Numbered from the stretch's first letter, positions 17,229-26,624 are shown. The stretch is DNA of 31,612 bases from a virus (IMGVR_UViG_3300032233_000652:1-31612); one strand, 5' to 3'. The notes: generated by a model from the sequence alone, not told the origin. Numbers and translations: made by a program.

Positions 17229-17282
17229 ATAAAAGGAAGGTGTAGATGAGTAAGCAATATAAAAGTTCTTCGCCTTAAACTC

Positions 17283-17588
17283 ATGCTATTGACACTAACA
17301 CTTGCTTCATTTGCTTCATGGTATGGCTTCCCTTATCACGGTAGAAAAACCGCATCGGGAGAAGTCTACAATCAAAACGCTTTGACAGCTGCACACCGAA
17401 CGCTTCCATTTGGAACCAAAGTGAAGGTATGTAGCAATCAAACAAAGAAATGTGTAACAGTTCGAATTAATGATCGCGGACCATTTAACTATGACCGGGA
17501 AATTGATTTAAGTCGTGCTGCAGCAGATACCATAGGCATCCGTAGTTCGGGTGTTGGTCAAGTAACTATTACTCCTACAAGAAAATGA
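17283..17588 (+). CDS. RlpA-like double-psi beta-barrel lytic transglycosylase
   Basis: ASWYG, TASGE, LTAAHRTLPFGT, VRINDRGPF and IDLSRAAA motifs. Confidence 0.93.
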   Translation: MLLTLTLASFASWYGFPYHGRKTASGEVYNQNALTAAHRTLPFGTKVKVCSNQTKKCVTVRINDRGPFNYDREIDLSRAAADTIGIRSSGVGQVTITPTRK

Positions 17589-17740
17589 AAGCTTACGATC
17601 CTAAAGTCTCTTCAGTTACAGTAAAGTATGTAACTCCCACATCAACAGCACCTGCATTTAGGTCTGCTTATAATCAAACCCTTACCAACCTTTCACCGTT
17701 TGGAACAAAAGTCCAAGCTGGTGGAGCTGCCTGGGTCTAA
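17585..17740 (+). CDS. Small hypothetical protein (51 aa)
   Basis: Own translation: MKAYDPKVSSVTVKYVTPTSTAPAFRSAYNQTLTNLSPFGTKVQAGGAAWV*. ATGA overlap with the RlpA-like stop. Confidence 0.65.
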   Translation: MKAYDPKVSSVTVKYVTPTSTAPAFRSAYNQTLTNLSPFGTKVQAGGAAWV

Positions 17741-17742
17741 TC

Positions 17743-17790
17743 ATGAAAGGAAAAGGCGGCAAAGGTGGTGGCGGCAAGAAAGGCTGCTGA
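17743..17790 (+). CDS. Putative Gly/Lys micropeptide MKGKGGKGGGGKKGC
   Basis: ATG 2 nt after the previous stop. Synonymous codons vary (GGA/GGC/GGT, AAA/AAG) while the amino-acid pattern is kept. Confidence 0.5.
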   Translation: MKGKGGKGGGGKKGC

Positions 17791-17797
17791 TTGGATT

Positions 17798-17832
17798 GGG
17801 CGCACCTCAGAGTAGGACGCCCTTTTCTTTTG
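17798..17832 (+). terminator. Terminator-like hairpin (large loop) with U tract, at the start of the structured capsid leader
   Basis: GGGCG-(15 nt)-CGCCC followed by TTTTCTTTT. Confidence 0.5.
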
Positions 17833-17980
17833 GCTATTGGCCCTCCAAGGAGGACACCCTTTAGTCAGTGACAGTCTGGAGAGACAGACAAACTATAAAA
17901 TGATTAATGAATGCTCGTGTCTATTACCGAGAATTCCTAAGTACTTAGGGAGAACGTAAACAACTCTCTCTTTTCTAACA

Positions 17981-19003
17981 ATGCCTTCTTACGCAGACGC
18001 TACCCAATCAGTATTGGGTACACTTAACAAGGCTGTTGCTGACACCAGTGGCAGTCGTGCATATGATACCAAGTACGCTACTTATTTGAAACTCTTCTCT
18101 GGAGAGCTGTTCAAAGCGTATGAAGCTGCGACAATCGCTCGCGATACTATTCAACGTCGCACCCTGAAGAACGGTAAGAGTCTTCAGTTCATCTTTACCG
18201 GTCGTATGACCGCTGGTTACCATACTCCTGGCACACCTATTTTGGGATCTGGTGATCCACCAGTGGCTGAGAAGACAATCGTTTGTGACGATCTTCTCGT
18301 CAGTTCTGCATTCGTGTATGACCTGGATGAAACCCTTGCTCATTATAGCCTCCGTGGTGAGATCTCTAAGAAGATCGGCTACGCTTTGGCTGAAGCTTAT
18401 GACAAGAAGATCTTCCGTCAGATTGCAAAAGCTGCTCGTGAAGCGCATCCCATCACAGCCGCTCCTGGTCCTGAGCCCGGCGGTTCGATCATCAAACTTG
18501 GTACTGGCAAACAGTACGATGCACAGGCTTTGGTGGATGGCTTCTTCGAAGCTGCCTCCATTCTTGACGAGAAGAATGTGCCCAAAGATGGCCGTGTTGC
18601 TGTCCTCAGCCCACGTCAATATTACGCACTTATTTCTCAGGTTGATACCAACATTCTCTACCGTGAATTTGGTAACACGCAGGGTTCTATGAACTCTGGT
18701 GACGGCCTGTATGAAATTGCTGGTATCTCCATCAAGCGTTCCAACAACCTGCCTTTCATGGCTGGTAGTGTTGCTGCTGTGACTGGCGAGAACAATGATT
18801 ACTCTGGTGATTTCACCTACCACTGCGGTCTTATCTACCAGAAAGATGCAGCTGGTGTTGTTGAAGCTATCGGCCCCCAAGTTCAAACCACTTCAGGTGA
18901 TGTGTCCGTTTTGTATCAAGGAGATGTCATATTGGGGAGGCTCGCTATGGGCTGTGGCACTCTTAATCCTGCCGCTGCTATTGAGCTGCAGGCAACCACC
19001 TGA
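17981..19003 (+). CDS. Major capsid protein (gp10-like)
   Basis: YLKLFSGE, RTLKNGKSLQF, DDLLVSS, GYALAEAYD and VLSPRQYY motifs. Biased codon usage typical of high expression. Confidence 0.97.
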   Translation: MPSYADATQSVLGTLNKAVADTSGSRAYDTKYATYLKLFSGELFKAYEAATIARDTIQRRTLKNGKSLQFIFTGRMTAGYHTPGTPILGSGDPPVAEKTIVCDDLLVSSAFVYDLDETLAHYSLRGEISKKIGYALAEAYDKKIFRQIAKAAREAHPITAAPGPEPGGSIIKLGTGKQYDAQALVDGFFEAASILDEKNVPKDGRVAVLSPRQYYALISQVDTNILYREFGNTQGSMNSGDGLYEIAGISIKRSNNLPFMAGSVAAVTGENNDYSGDFTYHCGLIYQKDAAGVVEAIGPQVQTTSGDVSVLYQGDVILGRLAMGCGTLNPAAAIELQATT

Positions 19004-19014
19004 GGTAACCCCTA

Positions 19015-19368
19015 ATGGCTACCCGTCAAAAGATTTCGGGGCTCTACAAGTCCTCGATTGCTAGTGAGACGTGGTATCCCAAACCTCCGATTGAATACAG
19101 TCGTGCTGGTGGCAAAGTTGCTTCTATTACTCTTACAGGTAATGGCGGTTCCGGTGCCACAACTATGACTAATAAAGCTACTACTTCGGATGGAAGGGGT
19201 ACAGGTCTAACTGTTAATCTGACTGCTGGTTCTGGTGTTGTCACAGCAGTTGCCGTTGGCAATGCTACTGGCACCGGTTACAGGATTGGTGATCAGATCA
19301 CTATTTCCACTGCTGTTGCTGGTACTGCTTCTGCTGTAACTGGCACAGTAGCTAGCCTCTCGTACTGA
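19015..19368 (+). CDS. Putative capsid accessory/decoration protein, Gly/Thr-rich
   Basis: GAGGT RBS at 19002-19006. GTGLTVN...VTAVAV..GTGY..GD.ITI beta-rich module resembles those in cyanophage structural proteins. Confidence 0.7.
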   Translation: MATRQKISGLYKSSIASETWYPKPPIEYSRAGGKVASITLTGNGGSGATTMTNKATTSDGRGTGLTVNLTAGSGVVTAVAVGNATGTGYRIGDQITISTAVAGTASAVTGTVASLSY

Positions 19369-19370
19369 TC

Positions 19371-19544
19371 ATGGCCGTTTCTAACTCTATTGGGGTTTGC
19401 ACCACTGATGCCCAGCGCATCTCTGTTGCCAAAACTCAACGCCGCTTCGGCGGCTCTGCTATTGCTGACTCCGCTGTTAAGTCTGTGACTAAAGGTCTCC
19501 GTCTTGCATACCCCAGCGTTGAGTGCAATATCACCGACGTTTAA
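19371..19544 (+). CDS. Small putative virion protein (57 aa)
   Basis: Own translation: MAVSNSIGVCTTDAQRISVAKTQRRFGGSAIADSAVKSVTKGLRLAYPSVECNITDV*. Capsid-like codon bias; ends just before the terminator. Confidence 0.7.
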   Translation: MAVSNSIGVCTTDAQRISVAKTQRRFGGSAIADSAVKSVTKGLRLAYPSVECNITDV

Positions 19545-19555
19545 TTAGTTAACAC

Positions 19556-19580
19556 GGGGATCTTTTGTGGTCCCCTTTTT
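19556..19580 (+). terminator. Rho-independent terminator after the capsid cluster (T-phi-like position)
   Basis: GGGGATC-TTTTGT-GGTCCCC followed by TTTTT. Confidence 0.8.
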
Positions 19581-19593
19581 CATTATAAGTGAT

Positions 19594-20214
19594 ATGACGC
19601 TTCCTACTTCTTTAGTTGCCACCGAACTGGCTGCCGTAAATTCTATACTCGGAGCGGTAGGACAGGCTCCTGTCACTACCATCGATAAGATTAACCCAGA
19701 TGTTGCTATTGCATATGACACGTTAACCGACATGAGTCGGGAAATTCAGGGTGAGGGTTGGTCCTTTAATAAAGAGCTTGAATATCCGTTTAACGCTGAT
19801 ACGAATGGAAATATTTTAGTACCACTAAATGTCTTGTCAATAAGCCTTAGTGATATATATGAAAATAGTGGGGCCGATGTGACCGTCAGAAATGGTATGC
19901 TTTATAACAAGACAACGCACACCTATACCTGGGACACAGACCGAACGGTTAAGTGTGATGTGGTTTGGTACTTAGAATTTAGTGATCTTCCTCAAGCTGC
20001 ACGCGATTATATTGTCGCAAGGGCAAGTAGCTTTGTTGCCATCAAGGTGATTGGTGACCCAAACATTCAACAAATGCTGGGTCAACGTGAAGTTTATGCA
20101 AGAGCTGCATTGATTGAATCAGACTGTAATCAGGGTAACTATTCTATCTTTGGGTTCCCTAACGGAAGTAATTACTATAACTCATATCAACCCTATAGAA
20201 CTTTAGCACGCTGA
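19594..20214 (+). CDS. Tail tubular protein A (gp11-like)
   Basis: TELAAVNSILGAVGQAPV, IQGEGWSFN and FSDLPQAARDYI motifs. Confidence 0.95.
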   Translation: MTLPTSLVATELAAVNSILGAVGQAPVTTIDKINPDVAIAYDTLTDMSREIQGEGWSFNKELEYPFNADTNGNILVPLNVLSISLSDIYENSGADVTVRNGMLYNKTTHTYTWDTDRTVKCDVVWYLEFSDLPQAARDYIVARASSFVAIKVIGDPNIQQMLGQREVYARAALIESDCNQGNYSIFGFPNGSNYYNSYQPYRTLAR

Positions 20215-20215
20215 T

Positions 20216-22651
20216 ATGACTGCAATCTCTCAACGGATTTCTAATTTCCTTTTAGGTGTATCTCAACAAACAGACGATCAGAAACGTCCGGGACAGGTAC
20301 GTGAATTAATCAACGGCTATCCTGACCCAACGTTTGGCCTAATTAAGCGTCCAGGTACAAAGTTTGTAGCAGAGTTAAAAGACTCTACTGGAGCTGTAAT
20401 TACACCAGCTACAATTTCTGGTGCAAAATTTTTTACCATATATCGGGATAATCAGGAGAAGTACCTGGTAGCACTGATTACCGGTCAAACAAATTCAGCT
20501 AACAACAGCGTCAAGGTTTGGAAATTAACAGATGGTTCACCAGTCACGGTTAACTATGGTACCAATGCCAAGTTGTACCTTACCAATACAAAGGTAGACT
20601 ATCAAGCACTGACCGTCAATGACTATACATTCATTACAAATACAAAGAAGACTGTTACAGCATTAGCTGCACCATCATTTACGTATGGCAAGTCAGCAAC
20701 GATTCGAGTACTGAACGTAGAATACAGTGCTCAATACAAGGTAACTGTCAATGGACAAGTAGCTTCAACCATAACCAAAAACAGTGATACACCTGGAAGT
20801 ACACCTGAGCGTATACTTAACTACGAAGACATCCTTGATGCACTAAAGACAGCTATTGATGGAAAGTCAATCAGTGGTCTTACCGTAACAAAAGTTGGTA
20901 GTGCTTTAGAACTCAGCTGCACAAGCCCGTTCACAATTGATGTGATTGGTGGTCGTGGCGGTGATGCCCTTTCAGTGTTTCAAGATACTGTTGACAACAT
21001 AAGCCGTCTACCGCAGAAAAGCGTTAGTGGTCGGATAGTCAAGATTGCTAATACAAATGCAAACCAAGATGACTATTACGTTAAATACGTAGCAGACTCT
21101 GCTGGTAATGGGTATTGGGAAGAGACCATTGCTCCATTTGTCAGCCCCGGTCTAGACACTGCGACAATGCCCCACCAACTGGTTAGGGAGGCAAACGGTA
21201 CTTTCACATTTAAACAGTCTGAGTGGGAGCCCAGGCTAGTTGGAGACCTTACAAGCAACCCTGATCCATCTTTTGTTGGAGAGACCATTACACAGGTCTT
21301 CTTTTATAACAATAGATTTGGCATGCTGTCATCTGACAACATTGTACTGAGTCAGTCAGGAGACTTCTTTAACTTCTTCAGCCAGTCAGGTCTTACCTCC
21401 ATTGCGTCTGATCCGGTGGACATCAGTTGTTCCTCTGTGAGACCGGCAGTACTTACAGCAGTTGTACCTGTAGCACAGGGTCTTGTACTTTTTAGCAGAA
21501 GTCAACAGTTCCTAGTAACAGCAGACAACGGAATACTTACACCACAAACCACTTCCATTAAGAGTATCTCTAACTATGAGATGGATACCTCTAATATGCC
21601 AGTGGACATGGGTACAACGATTAGCTTCATATCAAAGATCTCATCCTATACAAGAGTCTTTGAAATGGAAACACGTGGACAAGAATATAGTCCTGTTGTT
21701 GTTGATATATCTAGAGGGGTTCCAGAATGGATACCTAGCACGATTGATCAGGTAGTAAGCAGTCCACAAAACAGTTTGTTGTCTCTTGGATCTTCATCAA
21801 GTAATACCTTATATTTATTCAGGTTCTACTTTAATGGGGAGTCGCGGGAGATTCAATCTTGGTTTAAATGGCAGCTACCAGGCATAGTCTTACACCACTC
21901 TGTCTTTGAGGACATCATGTGGTCTGTGACGCAACAAGCAAATGCAATTGTTTTACAACGGATTGACCTAATTCAAAGTCCTGATAGCTCAACCATTCAG
22001 AGCAAGGAAGGGGTTAATGTTGATCCGCGTCTTGACCTGTGGACGTTGAATCCTACAAGGTCGTACAATTCAACCACAAAAATTTCCAAGGTTTATCTGC
22101 CATACAAGCATGATCCAAGTCTGAACATTTGTTTGGTGATTGGTAATAAGATTACCCAGGGATCAACTTTCCTTGATATTGGTCAAATTCAACTACCAAC
22201 AACTGTAAGCCAAGATGGTGGTGGGTACTACGTATCCATTAATGATATTGATCTTACCAATTCTGAAATTATTCTTGGATACACATTCTTAATGGATGTA
22301 TTCCTACCTGCAATTTATGCAAGGCTCAGCAGTGATGACACACTCACTGATTACACAGGGTCCCTTGTAATATCACGAATAAAAATTAGTACAGGTCTGG
22401 GGGGTGAACTGAATTTCCTTATTCAAGCAAGAGGTCGCGAAGATTGGCAAGATCTATTGGCAGTGACAGATGCTAATACATATGTAGCTAATGATGTTCC
22501 GCTTGTTGATTCACGAATTCACACAATTCCGCTGCACCAAAAACCATCTAACATGAAAATCAAGATCCAGGCATCTGGACCATTCCCTGTCAGCCTTTTA
22601 TCAATGGTATGGGAAGGTCAGTATTCTGGACGCTTCTATACAAGGAAATAA
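20216..22651 (+). CDS. Tail tubular protein B (gp12-like)
   Basis: GVSQQ, GLIKRPG, TMPHQL, PSFVG, FYNNR and terminal WEGQY motifs. Confidence 0.96.
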   Translation: MTAISQRISNFLLGVSQQTDDQKRPGQVRELINGYPDPTFGLIKRPGTKFVAELKDSTGAVITPATISGAKFFTIYRDNQEKYLVALITGQTNSANNSVKVWKLTDGSPVTVNYGTNAKLYLTNTKVDYQALTVNDYTFITNTKKTVTALAAPSFTYGKSATIRVLNVEYSAQYKVTVNGQVASTITKNSDTPGSTPERILNYEDILDALKTAIDGKSISGLTVTKVGSALELSCTSPFTIDVIGGRGGDALSVFQDTVDNISRLPQKSVSGRIVKIANTNANQDDYYVKYVADSAGNGYWEETIAPFVSPGLDTATMPHQLVREANGTFTFKQSEWEPRLVGDLTSNPDPSFVGETITQVFFYNNRFGMLSSDNIVLSQSGDFFNFFSQSGLTSIASDPVDISCSSVRPAVLTAVVPVAQGLVLFSRSQQFLVTADNGILTPQTTSIKSISNYEMDTSNMPVDMGTTISFISKISSYTRVFEMETRGQEYSPVVVDISRGVPEWIPSTIDQVVSSPQNSLLSLGSSSSNTLYLFRFYFNGESREIQSWFKWQLPGIVLHHSVFEDIMWSVTQQANAIVLQRIDLIQSPDSSTIQSKEGVNVDPRLDLWTLNPTRSYNSTTKISKVYLPYKHDPSLNICLVIGNKITQGSTFLDIGQIQLPTTVSQDGGGYYVSINDIDLTNSEIILGYTFLMDVFLPAIYARLSSDDTLTDYTGSLVISRIKISTGLGGELNFLIQARGREDWQDLLAVTDANTYVANDVPLVDSRIHTIPLHQKPSNMKIKIQASGPFPVSLLSMVWEGQYSGRFYTRK

Positions 22652-22654
22652 AGT

Positions 22655-23473
22655 ATGGCATTTATCATTGATGATCTGATAGCAGGTAATGCTGCTAAGA
22701 AAAATGAGAAGGCTCAAATCCTTGAAAAGTTCTGGGCTGATACTGAGCAATATAACTTTGCGTGGGATGAACAACTAAAGAATTATGAGTATACTCTTGG
22801 TCAGATTCAACAGAATAGGGCCAATGAAGCAACCCTTGCAAACTTCCAAGATGCCACAAACATTAGTAAATACAGTAATGATTTAAAGATCCGGGAGTAT
22901 GAGTACGGGAATGCACTTAAGCAGTTTAATGAATCAGAAAGAATCTTCAATAAACAGATTGGATTTAACCAACAAGCTGCTCAACGTGCAATGAGTTCAG
23001 AAAACCAAAAGCTGCAAGAGACATTCATGTCTTCAGCATTTGAGCACCAGGACATGTTGGTGCAAATGATGCAAGAAGAAGGGATGATGCAAGCTAGAGG
23101 TGTTTCTGGTAAGTCAGCCGGGAAGATGCTCCAAGGAGCACTTGCACAGTTTGGTAGAAATCAATCCGTCATGGCTGAAAGCCTAGTTAGTGCTGATAGG
23201 AGCAATCGCAAAGCATTAGACAAGATAGGCATGGATCAGTATCAAGCAAACATTGGTGCAGAGGCGAATCGGATGCTGCCACCAACAATGGCACCAGCAC
23301 CAGTTAAACCATTTGCTACCCCGCGTTCTGTGCTACTTGATCCACGCAAACCTGTTAAGGGTCCACCGCCCCGTAAGGGGATCCCCACAGTAACTAACGG
23401 GTCGATTGCTGCAAGTGTGGTAGGTAGTGCTGCGAACCTGGCGTTAAGTATTGCAGGTCTTGCAAAACAGTAG
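22655..23473 (+). CDS. Internal virion protein (gp14-like)
   Basis: Position after tail tube B, Gln/Ala-rich helical body, ARGVSGKS and a hydrophobic C-terminus. Confidence 0.7.
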   Translation: MAFIIDDLIAGNAAKKNEKAQILEKFWADTEQYNFAWDEQLKNYEYTLGQIQQNRANEATLANFQDATNISKYSNDLKIREYEYGNALKQFNESERIFNKQIGFNQQAAQRAMSSENQKLQETFMSSAFEHQDMLVQMMQEEGMMQARGVSGKSAGKMLQGALAQFGRNQSVMAESLVSADRSNRKALDKIGMDQYQANIGAEANRMLPPTMAPAPVKPFATPRSVLLDPRKPVKGPPPRKGIPTVTNGSIAASVVGSAANLALSIAGLAKQ

Positions 23474-23510
23474 ACAAAAAAGTAACACAAACAACTATCG
23501 GAGCTAATTA

Positions 23511-26500
23511 ATGGATCCGCTAAAATTCCGTGGGTACGCCCAAAGTGATGGCTTTGATCCTATAAAAGTTCCTGACACAGTATCACGTATTGCAAATGAA
23601 GGTCAGAATGTTCTACGGGGCATGCGTGACAATGCAAACCAAGAGGTACAAGTCAGGAACCAATTTCAGCAAGGTCTAGAGCGCAAATTCAACGTTGAAA
23701 GTGCAAACCGACAACAAGTGTTTGACTTTGAACGTTCATCTAGGATGCTTGCTCAGAAGGATGTTGAACGTAATCAACAGACTAAACTACAAAATCTTCA
23801 AACCAGTAATCAGGGTTTAACAGAGCAGCAGTTTGCTCAAGTAACTGCATTATCAGGTCTATCAAAAGCACTCACATCTCTTGTTGTTGACCAGGTCAAA
23901 CGTAAACAAGAAGAACAAGTACTAATTGGTAAGAACGTAGTATTTGAATCCAACGTACCGATTGATGTTCTTCAACGGTATAAGGAGGCAAAAAATCAAC
24001 TCAAAAAAGCAGACACATCCGTTCAACTCATTGCTAACAAGCTTGAGTTTGAAGGCTACTCCATTGAAACTCTTGAAAGGCTACGCTCTTTATCAGGTAA
24101 AGCTTGGTACGGGGCAGCGGCTGCTTATGCGCAGATGGGTGCTGATAATTACCCAATGTTCCGAGCCCAGGTATCTGATGTTCCCATTCCTTATCAGGGG
24201 GGGGAAATCACACTTGGCACCGCAAAATCAAAAGATGAGTGGGAGTTTGCCAATACTTATGTAAGAACACAATTCATCAAACAATACCAAGGAATTAATG
24301 ATGCTCTGTTAGATGAGCACCTATTTCCGAGGATGCGTAGTGCTGAGCAGACAGAGCGTGTTGCATACAGTGAAGGTATCATCAAGTCTAAGAAAGCTGC
24401 GTATAAAGATAGCCAACTTGAAGAGCTTCGCACAAACCTTAAAGGATCTAGTAACGCTGGTCAAACAATCCTTGAAACCATCAAAAACAAAGCTGGTTAC
24501 AATGAAGAAACTGGTGCTGGTGCAGAGTTTCTAGGGGCTAAGCGTGATGAGGTCTTTGGAAACCTTGTTGAACTTGCAAAGGCTGGTGAGTTCAAAGGGC
24601 CTCAACTAGATGAGCTACTTAAGTTTCAGTATAGACACAACGATGGCTCAATCCGCACATTTGGTGAGTCTTTTAAATTACAACTTCAAACACTTGTAGA
24701 TGCTGTAAATCAAAAAGACAAGCAAGATTATCAAAACCGTGAGTTTGCTTATACTCAAGCAGGTGAGCAGCTAGAAGAACTATTTCTTAAAAAGGTTGAG
24801 ACCGAAGGCTTTACTGAAGAAGAAAAGGCTCAAGCAATTGAGAAATACTCTCAGGTAACCCATGGACGCACGTCTCAGGTGCTCTCAGGTTTGATCACCA
24901 TTGAAAAGAAACAGGATGCTCTTGCAAGGACAGAACTTACACACAAATCACTGTATGGACTTGTTACCAGCAAAGAGTTAAGCATCCCGGGCAAATATAG
25001 TGACGCAATTAGGAAGGAGTTTGAAGCCGCTGCAAAAGATGGCGATTCACTAGCAACTCTAGATAAAGGGCAAGTTCAGGGTGCGCTTAGTTTTCTTTAC
25101 ATGCGTAATAGGGAGCTCCTTAATCAGCAAGGTACCCCTAATGAATCTTCAGCGCTGCTTTGGGCTAAGCCAAAGATTGAAGCTATCTTTAGAAGCAAGG
25201 TCCTGGAAGAACGCGCAAAGGGTAACATTAATGGCGCAATAGATGTCGCTCAAACCTACGTCCTAAACCTTCTTAATGATGGAAAGGTAAAAGGTACTGG
25301 TCCGTTTGCAATGACGGGGGACTTTAGCTCCCTTTCTCCATATTTGGGGATGGGCAAAGGATCATCAAATGTTGCTCAGGTTAACCGTGTTACTGACATC
25401 AGCAAAAAACTGATCACACAACCTAATTACCTTGAAACAAACGGCATTCTCAATGACGGAGAGTTGAAGCAACTTGAAAACTTCAGAGATGGACGCTCTT
25501 CTTCACTACCTCCGATTATTTCAGCACTTGCAGCCAAAAGTCGAACCAAGTCTGCAGTTGATATTATCAATGCCCAACTTCAAGCTTACAAGAAACCATT
25601 AATCACACTGAAGGTTCCAGATCAACTGCTCAATGGGATGTCACCATTGCAACAGCAGATCATGAACTACAGACCGTCAAATGCAAACACCTACCAAGCA
25701 TTTGGTATGTCTGGTGGTGATGACCCCTATCGACCTCTTCTGGACCTCATTGCGTCCCACGAAAGCACTTCGTATGGTGGGTATGATGCAATGAATGAAG
25801 GTGGCGATGACGGCGGACGTACTGCAATTAAGTCTGCAAACAGCGTAAATGTCTTTGGTATTGGTCTTACAAAGATGACCGTAGCTCAAGTTCTACAGCT
25901 GCAGTCCGACAAAAAAGTCTTTGCATCCGGGAGGTATCAGATTATCCCTAAGACACTACAAAGCTTGATGCAGAACAAGTATGGCTTTACTGGAGTTAAC
26001 GTCAACGACAAATACGACGCCAAGACTCAAGACAAGCTGGCCATTGCACTCCTACGTGGAAGGGCCGGAAAGTTCTTTAGCGGCTCAGGTAACCTAGGCG
26101 AAGCTGTTGTAGGCTTGGGTAATGAATGGCGTGGCCTACAGAAGCCGAGCATTCAAAAGACCATTGCACAACGTCTGGTAGCTGTTAAGGCCGTACTGGA
26201 CTCCCCAAGCCCCTTTAGACAACCTGAAAGCTTACGTGCTGGTGTTGTCTATCGAATTGGCAATCGTGGTTATGGATCAACTGGACCTCATCTAGATGTT
26301 AAACCAGTTGCTCGAGGCACGATGACAACTGATGGTGGATTGCCACGCATCAAGCAAGGGGATTTAGATCCCTATGTTTCAGTTAATGTCAAGGGGTCAT
26401 GGAAACCACTTTCCCAGGGAACTGTAACAACTGACAATGACCAACTACACCGTAATCGAGGTTCATTTGGTCATGACTTTGCTGCCCCTGATGGTACCCA

Positions 26501-26624
26501 AGTATCACTAAAAAATGGTGCCAGGGTTGTTGGTAGTTTCAAAGGTGATGGTGGAACTGATCATCTCATCATTGAACTTCCTGATGGAAGACGTTATCAA
26601 TTCTTACACGGCACCAACGCTTAA
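23511..26624 (+). CDS. Internal virion protein (gp15-like) with C-terminal lysozyme-like and M23-like domains
   Basis: N-terminal GFDPIKVPD. Lysozyme-like IASHES...ASGRYQIIPKTL...TQDKLA...EWRGL. M23-like GSTGPHLD, GHDFAAPDGT and FLHG. Confidence 0.82.
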   Translation: MDPLKFRGYAQSDGFDPIKVPDTVSRIANEGQNVLRGMRDNANQEVQVRNQFQQGLERKFNVESANRQQVFDFERSSRMLAQKDVERNQQTKLQNLQTSNQGLTEQQFAQVTALSGLSKALTSLVVDQVKRKQEEQVLIGKNVVFESNVPIDVLQRYKEAKNQLKKADTSVQLIANKLEFEGYSIETLERLRSLSGKAWYGAAAAYAQMGADNYPMFRAQVSDVPIPYQGGEITLGTAKSKDEWEFANTYVRTQFIKQYQGINDALLDEHLFPRMRSAEQTERVAYSEGIIKSKKAAYKDSQLEELRTNLKGSSNAGQTILETIKNKAGYNEETGAGAEFLGAKRDEVFGNLVELAKAGEFKGPQLDELLKFQYRHNDGSIRTFGESFKLQLQTLVDAVNQKDKQDYQNREFAYTQAGEQLEELFLKKVETEGFTEEEKAQAIEKYSQVTHGRTSQVLSGLITIEKKQDALARTELTHKSLYGLVTSKELSIPGKYSDAIRKEFEAAAKDGDSLATLDKGQVQGALSFLYMRNRELLNQQGTPNESSALLWAKPKIEAIFRSKVLEERAKGNINGAIDVAQTYVLNLLNDGKVKGTGPFAMTGDFSSLSPYLGMGKGSSNVAQVNRVTDISKKLITQPNYLETNGILNDGELKQLENFRDGRSSSLPPIISALAAKSRTKSAVDIINAQLQAYKKPLITLKVPDQLLNGMSPLQQQIMNYRPSNANTYQAFGMSGGDDPYRPLLDLIASHESTSYGGYDAMNEGGDDGGRTAIKSANSVNVFGIGLTKMTVAQVLQLQSDKKVFASGRYQIIPKTLQSLMQNKYGFTGVNVNDKYDAKTQDKLAIALLRGRAGKFFSGSGNLGEAVVGLGNEWRGLQKPSIQKTIAQRLVAVKAVLDSPSPFRQPESLRAGVVYRIGNRGYGSTGPHLDVKPVARGTMTTDGGLPRIKQGDLDPYVSVNVKGSWKPLSQGTVTTDNDQLHRNRGSFGHDFAAPDGTQVSLKNGARVVGSFKGDGGTDHLIIELPDGRRYQFLHGTNA

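Noticed and set aside
18008-18886. 292-aa minus-strand ORF
   Set aside because: Antisense shadow of the codon-biased capsid gene, with no recognisable motifs.
18980-19020. T7 10A/10B-type -1 frameshift or readthrough from the capsid into the next ORF
   Set aside because: The -1 frame has TAA at 19006-19008, readthrough meets TAA at 19013-19015, and the next ORF has its own RBS.
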